A stretch of DNA of 63,566 nucleotides, counting the filler, from Reclinomonas americana ATCC 50394 (taxonomy: Eukaryota): the NCBI GenBank assembly GCA_048213135.1. It is 19 parts of 19 records of this genome, joined end to end, with 100 filler letters (N's around TTAATTAATTAA, not from the genome) between each part and the next. Parts side by side here need not be neighbours in the genome. Positions count along the whole stretch, not along the records: positions 46,961 to 49,944 come from AFZH01020039.1; positions 50,045 to 61,003 come from AFZH01020040.1; 17 more parts are not named here. One strand, written 5' to 3'. The position numbers and the translations under genes were made by a program. The notes beneath the pieces were generated by a model. The model saw only the letters and a list, made by a program, of their open reading frames with translations. It searched no databases and was not told the origin of the DNA. Positions within the stretch are counted from its first letter, which is position 1; each line of letters starts with the position of its first letter. Positions 48,768 to 58,764 of the stretch are shown here, one piece after another.

Positions 48768-49820
48768 TCAGAATTTCAGGGTGACGGCAGGGACGCTCCC
48801 GGCCACGATGGCGAGCACGACCTTCTTGGCCGCGGCTTCGCTGATGCCGCCGTTCTCAATCAGCGCTTCCTTGGCGGCGCGCATGACGTTGCCGCGGTGT
48901 TCCTGGTCGGCCTGCCGTCGGGCTTCCTCCACCGCGATGGCGTCCAGCCGGCGCTGTTCGGCGGCCTGAGCCTCGCGCTGGCGAGCCTGCTCAGCGGCCA
49001 AGGCCTGTTCGGCTTCCTGAGCTTTGCGCCGCTCGGCTTCGATCGCGGCCTCCGCATCAGCCTTCAGCTTCGCCTCGGCGGCATCGGCTGCACGCTTCTC
49101 GGCGTCGGCGATGCGCTGCCGCTCCTCTTCCTCAGCGAGGCGCTTCTCTTCCGCCGCCTGGGCGGCGCGCTCGCGCTCCTGGGCTTCAGCGCGCAGCTTC
49201 TCCAGCTCGGCGCGCTCAGCATCGGCCTTGACGATCGCAGCGCGGGCTTCCGCCAGCTTGGCGAGGGCCGCGAACTTGTCCTGCTTGGCGCGCGTCTCGC
49301 TGTCGCCGAACTCGTGGCCAATCTGGATTGCGTCCACCTTGGCAACGGTCGCGTCGATGCTCTCGACAGTCGAACCGGTCGGAACGACCGCAGCCTGTGC
49401 GAAGAAGGCGAGGGCGCTGACGATGCGGTCCTTGCGCTTCTTCTCGGCGTCTTCCCATTCGGTCAACGGAGCGCGAGCGAGGTCACGCAGAGCGTCGAGC
49501 TGCTGCTCGACCTTGGACTTGAGCGCATTGACGCCGGCAGTCTTCTTGCGCCAGTCCTCGGTCAGAGCGGCGCCAGCCGCTATGATCGGCGTCTTCCGCG
49601 TAGAGATCGAATAGGCCAACGACGCGATCGCCTTGCGGCCGCTGTCCGTCGTGAGGTCGACAGGAAGAGCTGCGATCTCGGCCTTGATCTCGGCGACGAA
49701 CGCCGGGAGAACCGTGTCGTCACGATAGACGATGGCAGGCTCTGCCTTGATCATCTCGCCAACAGCAGCCGAGTTGTGGCCGATGGTTACGGGCCGTTCG
49801 AGGGTGGCGGCGTCGCTCAT
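48768..49820 (-). CDS. Coiled-coil phage protein
   Basis: DLTTDSGRKAIASLAY...LDALRDLARAPLTEWE plus a long E/A/R-rich helix. Confidence 0.75.
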   Translation of the reverse strand: MSDAATLERPVTIGHNSAAVGEMIKAEPAIVYRDDTVLPAFVAEIKAEIAALPVDLTTDSGRKAIASLAYSISTRKTPIIAAGAALTEDWRKKTAGVNALKSKVEQQLDALRDLARAPLTEWEDAEKKRKDRIVSALAFFAQAAVVPTGSTVESIDATVAKVDAIQIGHEFGDSETRAKQDKFAALAKLAEARAAIVKADAERAELEKLRAEAQERERAAQAAEEKRLAEEEERQRIADAEKRAADAAEAKLKADAEAAIEAERRKAQEAEQALAAEQARQREAQAAEQRRLDAIAVEEARRQADQEHRGNVMRAAKEALIENGGISEAAAKKVVLAIVAGSVPAVTLKF

Positions 49821-50153
49821 GAGAATCTCCGATCGGGAAGGGCTGCGGCTGCTGTAACGGCCAAGGCGGATGTACGGTACAGGCAGGGCAGCAGACGCAT
49901 CCATGACCATCTCCTTCACTGCCGTCGTCGCCGACCTTCCAGACNNNNNNNNNNNNNNNNNNNNNNNNNNNNNNNNNNNNNNNNNNNNTTAATTAATTAA
50001 NNNNNNNNNNNNNNNNNNNNNNNNNNNNNNNNNNNNNNNNNNNNTCCGCTCCGGCCTCGACAACGTCGACATCGCCTGGCGCCTCGAATGCACCCCAGCT
50101 GCAGCGGCCAACGGCATCGCCGCCGCGCGCGAGCACGAACGGGCGAGGGCGGC

Positions 50154-51551
50154 GTGAGCCTCGCGAGCTATCACGATATTGTCGCGGCTTCGCGCGGTGC
50201 CTTCGTTCCCACGGGGTTCGACGGCGACTTCGATCTGCCGCCGTCGCTGTTTCCGCACCAGCGGGCTGCGGTCGAGTTCGCTTTGCGCGCCGGCTCGTCA
50301 GCGATGTTCCTCGATACTGGCCTCGGTAAGACGCGCGCCGCGCTCGCATGGGGGCAAGAGGTCGTCGCTCGCGCGAACCGGCCCGTTCTAATGCTCGCCC
50401 CGCTTGGCGTCACACGCCAGCACAAAGCCGAGGCCGATGAGATCGGCGTCGATGCTGTCGTCTCGCGAGACGGTGGTCCCCAGGCGCCTCGGATCGTCAT
50501 CACGAATTACGAGCGGCTGCATCTGTTTGATGCGTCCGAGTTCGCGGGCGTCATCCTCGACGAGAGCTCGATCCTCAAAAGCTTCTCAGGCCAAACGACC
50601 AAGCGCCTGATCGAGACGTTCAAGCGCACGCCTTACCGTCTCGCCTGTACCGCGACGCCGGCGCCGAACGATCACGCCGAGCTCGGGACCCATGCCGACT
50701 TTCTGGGGGTCATGAGCCGCGATCAGATGCTCATGCGCTGGTTCATTCACGACAGCATGGATACCGGCACATGGCGTCTCAAGGGGCATGCTGTCCGCCC
50801 GTTCTGGGATTGGGTGGCGTCATGGGCGCGCTGCGTCTCTCGGCCTTCCGATCTGGGCTTCTCGGATGACGGCTTCGACATGCCGGAACTGCGGATGCAT
50901 CGGCATTTGGTCGCCGCCGATCGTCTCGCTGGGCGAGGCGAGGAGAAGGACGGGCAGGCTCATCTGTTCCGCATGCCCGACATGTCCGCGACCTCCGTGC
51001 ATACCGAGAAGCGGCTGACATGCCAGGCACGCGCGGAGATGGTCGCGGCCATCGTCGCGGCCGAGCCGAACGAGCCTTGGACGGTGTGGGTCGAGACGGA
51101 CTATGACGCCGACGCGATCATGGCCGCCATTCCCGACGCGGTCGAGGTGCGCGGCTCGATGACGCCCGAGCAGAAGGAAGACCGGCTCACGGCCTTCACG
51201 ACCGGCGCCATCCGCGTGCTGGTCACCAAGGCCAGCATCGCCGGGTTCGGCCTCAATTGGCAGCACTGCGCGCGGACCGTCTTCGCCGGCATGAGCTTCT
51301 CCTACGAGGCGTTCTATCAGGCCGTGCGCCGTCATTGGCGCTTCCGCCAGACACGACCAGTCGATTGCCATGTCGTGTTCGCCGACACTGAGGCCGCAAT
51401 CTGGGACGTTGTTTCCCGCAAGGCCGGCGACCACGACGCCATGAAGCGGGAAATGACCGCGGCCATGGCTCGCGCGCATCGCGCCGATATCCGCCTCCAT
51501 TCCTATCAACCACAGAAGCTGGCCTCGCTGCCGGCATGGGTGAGCGCATGA
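50154..51551 (+). CDS. SNF2-like superfamily 2 helicase
   Basis: DTGLGKT, ILDESS, TATPAPND, GFGLNWQ and QAVRRHWRF. Confidence 0.9.
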   Translation: MSLASYHDIVAASRGAFVPTGFDGDFDLPPSLFPHQRAAVEFALRAGSSAMFLDTGLGKTRAALAWGQEVVARANRPVLMLAPLGVTRQHKAEADEIGVDAVVSRDGGPQAPRIVITNYERLHLFDASEFAGVILDESSILKSFSGQTTKRLIETFKRTPYRLACTATPAPNDHAELGTHADFLGVMSRDQMLMRWFIHDSMDTGTWRLKGHAVRPFWDWVASWARCVSRPSDLGFSDDGFDMPELRMHRHLVAADRLAGRGEEKDGQAHLFRMPDMSATSVHTEKRLTCQARAEMVAAIVAAEPNEPWTVWVETDYDADAIMAAIPDAVEVRGSMTPEQKEDRLTAFTTGAIRVLVTKASIAGFGLNWQHCARTVFAGMSFSYEAFYQAVRRHWRFRQTRPVDCHVVFADTEAAIWDVVSRKAGDHDAMKREMTAAMARAHRADIRLHSYQPQKLASLPAWVSA

Positions 51552-52447
51552 CCGAGGTTCTCGACCAGACGATCGGCGATCGGTTCGCCGCCTATCACGC
51601 AGACACGGTAGAGTTCACCGCGACGATGCCCGCCGACAGCATCGGGCTGTCCGTGTATTCGCCCCCGTTCTCGCAGCTCTACGTCTACAGCGAGAGCGAG
51701 CGCGACATGGGCAACGTCGCGGACCACGACGAGTTTGCGGAGCGCTATCGCTTCCTTGTGCGAGACCTTCTGCGCGCGACCAAGCCGGGCCGCATCAGCG
51801 CGGTTCATTGCTCCGACCTGCCGCTGAGCAAGTCGCGGGACGGCGTGATCGGTCTTTTCGATCTGCCGGCTCTTATCCGTCAGGTCCACGAGCAAGAGGG
51901 CTGGATCTACCATTCCCGCGTTACGATCTGGAAATGCCCGGTCGTTGAGATGACGAGGACCAAGGCGCACGGCCTGCTCTACAAGACGCTCCGAACGGAT
52001 GGCAGCCGAGTTCGGGTTGGTATGCCCGACTATCTGCTCGTCTTTCGCAAGGAGAGCGACGGGAAGACGCCGGAGCCGGTCCAGCATGATCCGGGCGTCT
52101 ATCCCGTATCCTGGTGGCAGGAAGCGGCGTCACCGGTCTGGATGACCGTCGACCAGACCAACGTCCTGAACGTCGCTGTCGCCCGCGACGACAAGGACGA
52201 GCGGCATCTTTGCCCGCTGCAACTCGACGTGATCGAGCGGGCCGTCCACTTGTGGAGCAATCCGGACGACGTCGTCTATTCGCCCTTCATGGGGATCGGC
52301 AGCGAGGGCTTCGTCGCGGTCAAACATGGCCGCCGCTTCATCGGTACGGAGCTCAAAGAGGCTTACTTCCGCCAGGCCGTCCGCAATCTCTCGCTTGCCG
52401 AAGACACCGGCACTTCCGGCGATCTCGTCTCGATGATGGTGACCTGA
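51548..52447 (+). CDS. DNA methyltransferase (N4/N6, beta class; SPPF motif)
   Basis: VYSPPF precedes HLCPLQ and VYSPFMGIGSEG. Confidence 0.9.
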   Translation: MTEVLDQTIGDRFAAYHADTVEFTATMPADSIGLSVYSPPFSQLYVYSESERDMGNVADHDEFAERYRFLVRDLLRATKPGRISAVHCSDLPLSKSRDGVIGLFDLPALIRQVHEQEGWIYHSRVTIWKCPVVEMTRTKAHGLLYKTLRTDGSRVRVGMPDYLLVFRKESDGKTPEPVQHDPGVYPVSWWQEAASPVWMTVDQTNVLNVAVARDDKDERHLCPLQLDVIERAVHLWSNPDDVVYSPFMGIGSEGFVAVKHGRRFIGTELKEAYFRQAVRNLSLAEDTGTSGDLVSMMVT

Positions 52448-52449
52448 GC

Positions 52450-52659
52450 ATGGCCGCGGCCGTACCCATCCGTGATCCTCTCTGCCAGGGCGCCCGCGTC
52501 CGCGTCACCGATGGTGATCACGCCGGCAAGACCGGCACCATCATCCGCGCCTATCGCGGCCGCCCCTGCGGCCTAGACCGCATCTATGTCGAGCTCGACG
52601 GCGGTCCTCTCGGCTGGTCTGTCGCGCTCAAGGTCGAAGAGTTGGAGGCGCTGCGGTGA
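52450..52659 (+). CDS. Small KOW-motif protein
   Basis: GARVRVTDGDHAGKTGTI. Confidence 0.6.
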   Translation: MAAAVPIRDPLCQGARVRVTDGDHAGKTGTIIRAYRGRPCGLDRIYVELDGGPLGWSVALKVEELEALR

Positions 52660-53549
52660 GCCGTTGGTTCCGCCACTACGCTGGCCTATGCCGCGACGAG
52701 AAGCTCGTCAGCGTCGCGATCAAGTCGCGGCAGCCGGTCGAGCGCGTCGTCTGGATCTGGGCCGCCATCCTGGAGAGCGCCGCGGAGATCGACGACAATG
52801 GACGATACTGCCTGGACGCGGCCGAGGTCGCTTACTTTCTGCGGACGGATGAGAGCGACGTTCTGGCTGTGGAGAATGCGCTGGAGGCTTCCGGCCGGGT
52901 GGCTGCGAGTGCTGTGGTCAAGTGGGGCAACCGTCAGTTCTCGAGTGATCGCTCAAAAGCGCGCGTCGCTGCGCATCGTGAGCGGAAACGGGCAGAGCGA
53001 GCTGGAGTTGACGTTTCAGAACCGTCGCAAAACAGCGATGTAACGTTACAGGAACGTCACGGTAACTCACCAGAGACAGAACTAGAGACAGATACAGAAC
53101 CAACAGTCTCTAACGAGCCTGTTGGAGCACGCGCCAAGGCGCGGCGCCCGGAGCATGCCCTGATCATGGATTGCTTGACGTCGGTTCTGTCCGAGGATCG
53201 AGCCAAGGCCGTTGTCGAGCACCGCCGAAAGATGAAAAAGCCGCTCGGCCTGCACGCCGCCAAGCTCCTGGTCGAGCAGTTCCGGCAACTCTCCGAGCCC
53301 GACCGAGCTGCAGACCTGATGCTGCTCCGAGGCTGGCAGGGCTGCGAACCGGACTGGTGCGTCAAGGCCGGGCTCAAGCTTTCAACGGCATGCACCGCGA
53401 CGCCAGCCCAGCACGATCGGATCTTCGTCCAACGCGATACCGACGAATGGTTCGCTCGCGTCGCTGCTGGCCACAAGCCAGGCCTCAGCAAGTTCTATCC
53501 CGAGCACCAGGCCGAAGGCTGGTTGTTCCCCGCGCAGATGCACCACTGA
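52656..53549 (+). CDS. Phage replication initiator-like protein
   Basis: MSRWFRHYAGLCRDEKL N-terminus, WGNRQFSSDRSKARVAAHRERK linker and a C-terminal helical domain. Confidence 0.7.
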   Translation: MSRWFRHYAGLCRDEKLVSVAIKSRQPVERVVWIWAAILESAAEIDDNGRYCLDAAEVAYFLRTDESDVLAVENALEASGRVAASAVVKWGNRQFSSDRSKARVAAHRERKRAERAGVDVSEPSQNSDVTLQERHGNSPETELETDTEPTVSNEPVGARAKARRPEHALIMDCLTSVLSEDRAKAVVEHRRKMKKPLGLHAAKLLVEQFRQLSEPDRAADLMLLRGWQGCEPDWCVKAGLKLSTACTATPAQHDRIFVQRDTDEWFARVAAGHKPGLSKFYPEHQAEGWLFPAQMHH

Positions 53550-53560
53550 TCGAGCATCCG

Positions 53561-54235
53561 ATGTCCCGCAAGAAGCGCCGCGCCAGACCGATCCCAGTCG
53601 TCGAGATCATCGAGACGCTGCAGCCTGCGCCGGCCGATCTTGAGTTCGGCACGAAGGAAGCGCCGAAGCACTGGTATCTCGTCTGGACCACGCCTCGCGG
53701 CGAGGAACGGGCGGCCAAGGGCCTCAGCGAAGCGGGGTGTCAGGTCTTCTGGCCTCACTTCGTCCGCGTGACCAAGCGCAAGAACAAGCCTGAGATCACC
53801 AACAAGGTCTCGACCTATCCGCGGTACCTGTTCGCCTCCGGCCTGCCATCGCTCGCTCAGCGCCTGACCCTGGTTGGCCCAGACGGTAGGACAGGCGTCA
53901 CCATCGATGGGAGGCCGATCGAGGACATCCGCCAGATCGACGGCGTCGTTGCGGTAGTCAGCGACGAGCGCGGTTGGTGCCGCGTCCCTCATCGCGCGGT
54001 CCACGCCGTCATCGAGTATCAGGGCCCTGTCGAGCGCCCGGTCCCGCCGCCCCAGCCCAAGAAGGTCGTGAAGCTCAAGCCGGATGGTCGGGTGCGCGTC
54101 ATTGAAGGACCGTTCGCAGGCTTCCAGGCCACGGTTGTCGAGATGATAGGGATGGAGGCCGCGAAGGTGTTGATCGACATCTTCGGACGGCAGACGCCAG
54201 CCGAATTCGAGCTTGCACAAATCGAGGCCGCGTGA
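53561..54235 (+). CDS. NusG-paralogue transcription antiterminator (NGN plus KOW)
   Basis: WYLVWTTPRGEERAA...YPRYLF...VRVIEGPFAGFQATV...IDIFGRQTP; at the lambda Q position. Confidence 0.9.
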   Translation: MSRKKRRARPIPVVEIIETLQPAPADLEFGTKEAPKHWYLVWTTPRGEERAAKGLSEAGCQVFWPHFVRVTKRKNKPEITNKVSTYPRYLFASGLPSLAQRLTLVGPDGRTGVTIDGRPIEDIRQIDGVVAVVSDERGWCRVPHRAVHAVIEYQGPVERPVPPPQPKKVVKLKPDGRVRVIEGPFAGFQATVVEMIGMEAAKVLIDIFGRQTPAEFELAQIEAA

Positions 54236-54404
54236 GATACGATATTCACGGTTTGTTCGATAGTGTGATCCTCGTCCGCCGGGTTGATCTCGCGAACCCC
54301 GCGCCGCCTCGCCAGCGGCATCTTGCGAAGCTTTGCCCGGCGACTGCGGATGTACCAGCGCTAGAGCACAGGAGCCCGGCCTTAGCAGGTCGGGCTTTCG
54401 CATG

Positions 54405-54743
54405 TCAGCGAGCTCGATAGAGCAGGACGTTTCCAGCTTCTCGACAATACCGCCTGATGTGGCACGGCTTGCCGACATCGGTGATGCGAACGTCGACAGG
54501 CAAGCCAACCAAGGACGATAGTGCAGCGGACCACTCTGGGGCATCGAACATCCAGATCGTGGATCGTGTGTAATGGCTGTTCTCGCTGACGGTCATTGCC
54601 AGATCAATGTCGCTATCCGGACGGTTTGTCCCCTTGGCTCGGCTCCCGAATAAGCGGATCGCTCGCACCCGAGCCTTGGTCTTTGCCCATGACCGGATAA
54701 TCTCAACGTGCCGCTCATCAAGCGGTATCGTAGCCTTGGTCAC
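54405..54743 (-). CDS. Minimal nucleotidyltransferase (MNT) domain protein
   Basis: IRLFGSRAKGTNRPDSDIDLA (GS-x10-DxD) ...LVGLPVDV. Confidence 0.85.
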   Translation of the reverse strand: MTKATIPLDERHVEIIRSWAKTKARVRAIRLFGSRAKGTNRPDSDIDLAMTVSENSHYTRSTIWMFDAPEWSAALSSLVGLPVDVRITDVGKPCHIRRYCREAGNVLLYRAR

Positions 54744-54758
54744 ATGAGGGCCTATCGC

Positions 54759-55175
54759 ATGCCGGTGTTGCCGCCTCGCCATAGGCTGGCCCGCATCAGC
54801 CCCGTGCGTCAACGTCAAGAAGCCGACGCACGCAGAGGATCAGCACGAGAGCGCGGCTACTCGGCTCGGTGGGATAGGGCCAGCCTCGCCTTCAAGGCAC
54901 AGCATCCGCTCTGCCTGGGCTGCGAGGCCAGAGGCAGGACAGTTCCGACAGAGGTCGTCGACCACATCGTCCCGCATCGCGGTGATCAGGATCTGTTCTG
55001 GGATCAAGGCAACTGGCAGCCCTGCTGCCGCACCTGCCACGACAAGGTGAAGGCCCGGCTTGAGGTCATGTGGCAACGAGGCGAGATCGGAGCATCGGCC
55101 CTCAGGCTCGACAGTAAGCGAGCCATGGCGATCGGCCGCGAAGTCTTCGGCGAGTTTGCGCAGGCGCAAGATTAG
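54759..55175 (+). CDS. Packaging-associated HNH endonuclease
   Basis: RGSARERGYSARW...HPLCLGC...VVDHIVPHRGD..LFWDQGNWQPCCRTCH. Confidence 0.92.
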   Translation: MPVLPPRHRLARISPVRQRQEADARRGSARERGYSARWDRASLAFKAQHPLCLGCEARGRTVPTEVVDHIVPHRGDQDLFWDQGNWQPCCRTCHDKVKARLEVMWQRGEIGASALRLDSKRAMAIGREVFGEFAQAQD

Positions 55176-55290
55176 GAGGGGGGAGAGGCAAAGTTCCTTG
55201 CTTCTCCTCTTCGGACCGCGCGCCAAGTCAAGTTTCCGCGCGTGCAAAACGAAGATGATTTCCTGACCTTGCAGGAACGCAGAGTGTGTC
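55176..55290. promoter_or_regulatory. Candidate cos/packaging site
   Basis: Non-coding G-run...AAAGTT...GGACCGCG segment between HNH and terS, the usual cos position in HK97-like phages. Confidence 0.45.
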
Positions 55291-55776
55291 ATGGCGCGTC
55301 CGCGCAAACCTTCTCACCTCAAGATCGTTTCGGGCACCGCGCAGAAATGCCGGATGAACGATGCCGAGCCGGTCGCTCCCAAGGGTGCGCCTGAGGCGCC
55401 TCTCTGGCTTTCAGAGCGCGCTGCGGAAATCTTCCACGGCCTGTGCGCCACGATCGACGGCATGGGCTACCTGTCGACGGCTGACCAGCATGTCATCGCC
55501 CAAGCGGCGAGTCGGCTGGAGGAGGTCGAGATCACGACGGCCATGGTCGAGGATGGCGGGCGGACCTACGTCAGCGCCGCGAGCTATGACGACCAAGGCC
55601 GGGTGCTGTCCCAGATGATGCGGTCGAATCCGATCGTCGCGCAGCGGAGCGAGGCAATGCGTCATGCCCATGCGCTGCTCTCCGAGTTGGGGCTCACACC
55701 GGCCGCGCGGTCGAAGGTCTCGGCCGGCAAGAAGGCCGATGACAATCCGTTCCGGGCCCTGATGGGCGGTGGCTAA
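55291..55776 (+). CDS. Terminase small subunit (P27 family)
   Basis: RPRKPSHLKIVSGT...PLWLSERA...NPIV...SELGLTPAARSKV. Confidence 0.93.
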   Translation: MARPRKPSHLKIVSGTAQKCRMNDAEPVAPKGAPEAPLWLSERAAEIFHGLCATIDGMGYLSTADQHVIAQAASRLEEVEITTAMVEDGGRTYVSAASYDDQGRVLSQMMRSNPIVAQRSEAMRHAHALLSELGLTPAARSKVSAGKKADDNPFRALMGGG

Positions 55777-57478
55777 GAACTATGCGGGCATCGCCGAGCG
55801 CTACGCTCGCGATGTCGTCGCTGGAAAGATATCGGCCTGCCGCTGGGTGCGGTTGGCCTGCAAGCGCCATCTCAACGATCTCGTCGCATCGAAGGGAAAG
55901 GCCTATCCGTACCGCTTCGATGCTGCCGCCGCGACGAAGGCCTGCGCGTTCATCGAGCTCATGCCGCATACCAAAGGCAAATGGGCTGCGAAGGGCGAGC
56001 GGCTCATTCTTTCGCCGTGGCAGGTCTTCAAGACCGCGGGGCTGTTTGGGTGGCTGAGGAAATCGGACGGATACCGCCGATTCCGGAAGGCCCTGATCCT
56101 GGAGCCGAGGAAGAACGGGAAGTCGGCATGGGCAGCCGCGGTTGGCCTCTACATGCTGACGATCGACGGTGAGCACGGCGCTGAGGTTTATTCCGGCGCG
56201 ACCACCGAGAAGCAAGCCTGGGAGATCTTCCGGCCAGCTCGGCTGATGGCGCTGAAGTCTCCGCAACTGGCGAGCGCGGTCGGCCTGACGGTCAATGCCT
56301 CGAACCTGCACATGCTCGGCAATGAAAGCCGGTTCGAACCGCTGATAGGCAAGCCCGGTGATGGCGCCTCGCCTCACTGCGCGCTGATCGACGAGTACCA
56401 TGAGCACGAGACCGACGACATGGTCTCGACCATGGAAACCGGCATGGGCGCGCGCGAGCAGCCGCTCATGCTGATCATCACGACGGCCGGGTCGAATGTG
56501 GCCGGGCCCTGCTACCAGATGGTGACAGAAGCGCGCCGGATGCTGGAAGGGATCACCGACGATCCTGAACTGTTCGCGCTGATGTATGGGATCGACGGGC
56601 CGGTCGGAAAGCCGGAGGACGACGACTACCAGCCCGGCGACGACTGGACGAAGCCGGAGACGCTGCGCAAGGCAAACCCGAACTTCGACGTCTCGGTGAA
56701 GGGCGAGTTCCTCCTCAGCCAGCAGCGCGACGCAATCAACAATGCCAGGAAGGCGAGCGCCTTCCGCACCAAGCACTTGAACGAATGGGTCTTTGCAAAG
56801 GAGGCCTATTTCAACATTGCCAAATGGCAGGCCTGCGCGAACCCGGCGCTCAAGATGTCGGACTTCGCCGGCATGCCGTGCTCGGTCGGGCTCGACCTCG
56901 CCAGCAAGGTCGACATCGCCGCGGCGGTGTTCCTGTTCCGCAAGCCGACTGGAGGCTTTGCCGCGTTCGGTAAGTTCTACCTGCCGGAGAAGACGATCGA
57001 GTTGGAGCCGACGGGGAACTACGCCACCTGGCAGAGGGCAGGGCGCCTGATCCAGACCGACGGCGAGATGATCGACCACGGCCGCATCCTTGAGGATCTG
57101 GTCGATGCGTCGAAGGAATTCACGATCGAGAGCATCGGCTACGACCCCGCGCAGGCGACCATGCTTGTGACCGAGATGATGGCCGAGGGCCTGCCGGTGG
57201 TGGAGTTTCGGCACACGGTGCTGACCATGTCCGAGCCGATGAAAGAGGTCGAGGCCCTGATCCGCGCTGGCAAGATCGAGCACGACGGCGATCCCTGCTT
57301 TGCCTGGCAGATGGGGAACGTCGTCGCCCGCGAGGACGCCAAGGACAACGTCTATCCGCGCAAGGAGCGCGCGGAGAACAAGATCGACGCCGCGGTCGCC
57401 CTGATCATGGCGATAGGCCGGCAGATGGCTGGGGGCGTTGGCTTCGACGCTGCGGACTGGATTGCGAGTTACGCATGA
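55769..57478 (+). CDS. Terminase large subunit (HK97/lambda-like)
   Basis: PRKNGKS, LIDEYHEH, ITTAG, GLDLASKVD and KIDAAVALIMA. Confidence 0.96.
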   Translation: MAKNYAGIAERYARDVVAGKISACRWVRLACKRHLNDLVASKGKAYPYRFDAAAATKACAFIELMPHTKGKWAAKGERLILSPWQVFKTAGLFGWLRKSDGYRRFRKALILEPRKNGKSAWAAAVGLYMLTIDGEHGAEVYSGATTEKQAWEIFRPARLMALKSPQLASAVGLTVNASNLHMLGNESRFEPLIGKPGDGASPHCALIDEYHEHETDDMVSTMETGMGAREQPLMLIITTAGSNVAGPCYQMVTEARRMLEGITDDPELFALMYGIDGPVGKPEDDDYQPGDDWTKPETLRKANPNFDVSVKGEFLLSQQRDAINNARKASAFRTKHLNEWVFAKEAYFNIAKWQACANPALKMSDFAGMPCSVGLDLASKVDIAAAVFLFRKPTGGFAAFGKFYLPEKTIELEPTGNYATWQRAGRLIQTDGEMIDHGRILEDLVDASKEFTIESIGYDPAQATMLVTEMMAEGLPVVEFRHTVLTMSEPMKEVEALIRAGKIEHDGDPCFAWQMGNVVAREDAKDNVYPRKERAENKIDAAVALIMAIGRQMAGGVGFDAADWIASYA

Positions 57479-58764
57479 AATGGCTTCAGCGACTGCTCCG
57501 TCTCGACGGGGCCAAGGACATCGAGCCGTGGCGCGGCGGCCGGCAGGTTTCGACCGAGAACGGGGACAACTTCGTTACCAACCAGGTGACGGTCGCCGAT
57601 TACCGTGATCTTCGGCTGGCCGGCGGCGCCGGTGTCGTCGGCTTGTCAGCGACCTGGGCCTGCGTCCAGCTGATCGCTGGTACGATCGCCTCGCTGCCGC
57701 TGATGGTCTATCGGACTGACAGCAGCGGCATTCGGCGCGTCGCTAAGGATCACCCGCTTTATTTCGTGCTGCACGACAGCCCGAACTACGATCAGACGCC
57801 GGTCGACTTCTGGGAGGTCATGGCCGCCAGCATCGAGTTGCAGGGCAATGCCTATGCGCTGATGGAGCGGCGGACGAACGGCGAGCTCAACGCGCTGCAC
57901 CCGCTGCGGGCCGATCTGGTGAAGGTCCGCCGCGCCGATAGCGGCGACCTGGAATATTCGTGGACCGAAAACGGCCGTCGGATCGTCAAGCGCGGTGAGG
58001 AGATCCTGCACATCCGCGGCCCGATGGGCGATGCGGTGTCCGGTGCTTCGACGCTGTCGATCTGCCGCAGCGTGTTCGACGACGCCCTGGCTGCGGAAAC
58101 CGCCGCCGGCTCGATGTTTGAAAACGGCGTGAACCCGAGCGGAATCCTGTCAACCCCGCCTGAGATCAAGCTCAACAAGGCCCAGAGGGAGGAGCTCGAG
58201 GCGCTGCTGGTCCAGAAGTACATGGGTTCGATCCGCCAAGGCCGGCCGATGTTGCTCGACAACGGGCTGACCTGGAACCAGCTCTCGATCAACCCCGTCG
58301 ACGCGCAGATGCTGGAGAGCCGCAAGTACGGCGGCGAGCAGATATGCCGGCTGTTCGGCGTTCCGCCCCAGATGGTCGGGTTCGGCGACAAGGCCTCGAA
58401 CTGGGGCACCGGCAAGGAAGTCGATGTGCTCGGCTTCCAGAAGTTCACGCTCCGCAAGCGCATGAAGCGGATCGAGCAGGCCTGCATGAAGCAACTCGTG
58501 CCGCTGGCAGAGCGCCGAACGCAGGGCCTGACGATCGAGTTCAACTTCGAAGGCCTCCTCCAGAACGACACCGCCAGCCGGTACGACGCCTACGACAAGG
58601 GCATCCGGATGGGGCTGGTCACGCGCAACGAGTGCCGGGCCCGCGAGAACCTGCCCCCGATCGAGGGCGGCGACGTGATTACCGTGCAGATGCAGGACAT
58701 CCCGCTGGCGCAGGCGGTCAATGGAGGTCAAGATGACCAGGACCCAAACCGCGCCTCTGCTTGA
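57475..58764 (+). CDS. HK97 family portal protein
   Basis: WACVQLIAGTIASLPL, HPLYFVLHDSPN, DAQMLESRK and TRNECRARENLPPIEGGD. Confidence 0.95.
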   Translation: MKWLQRLLRLDGAKDIEPWRGGRQVSTENGDNFVTNQVTVADYRDLRLAGGAGVVGLSATWACVQLIAGTIASLPLMVYRTDSSGIRRVAKDHPLYFVLHDSPNYDQTPVDFWEVMAASIELQGNAYALMERRTNGELNALHPLRADLVKVRRADSGDLEYSWTENGRRIVKRGEEILHIRGPMGDAVSGASTLSICRSVFDDALAAETAAGSMFENGVNPSGILSTPPEIKLNKAQREELEALLVQKYMGSIRQGRPMLLDNGLTWNQLSINPVDAQMLESRKYGGEQICRLFGVPPQMVGFGDKASNWGTGKEVDVLGFQKFTLRKRMKRIEQACMKQLVPLAERRTQGLTIEFNFEGLLQNDTASRYDAYDKGIRMGLVTRNECRARENLPPIEGGDVITVQMQDIPLAQAVNGGQDDQDPNRASA

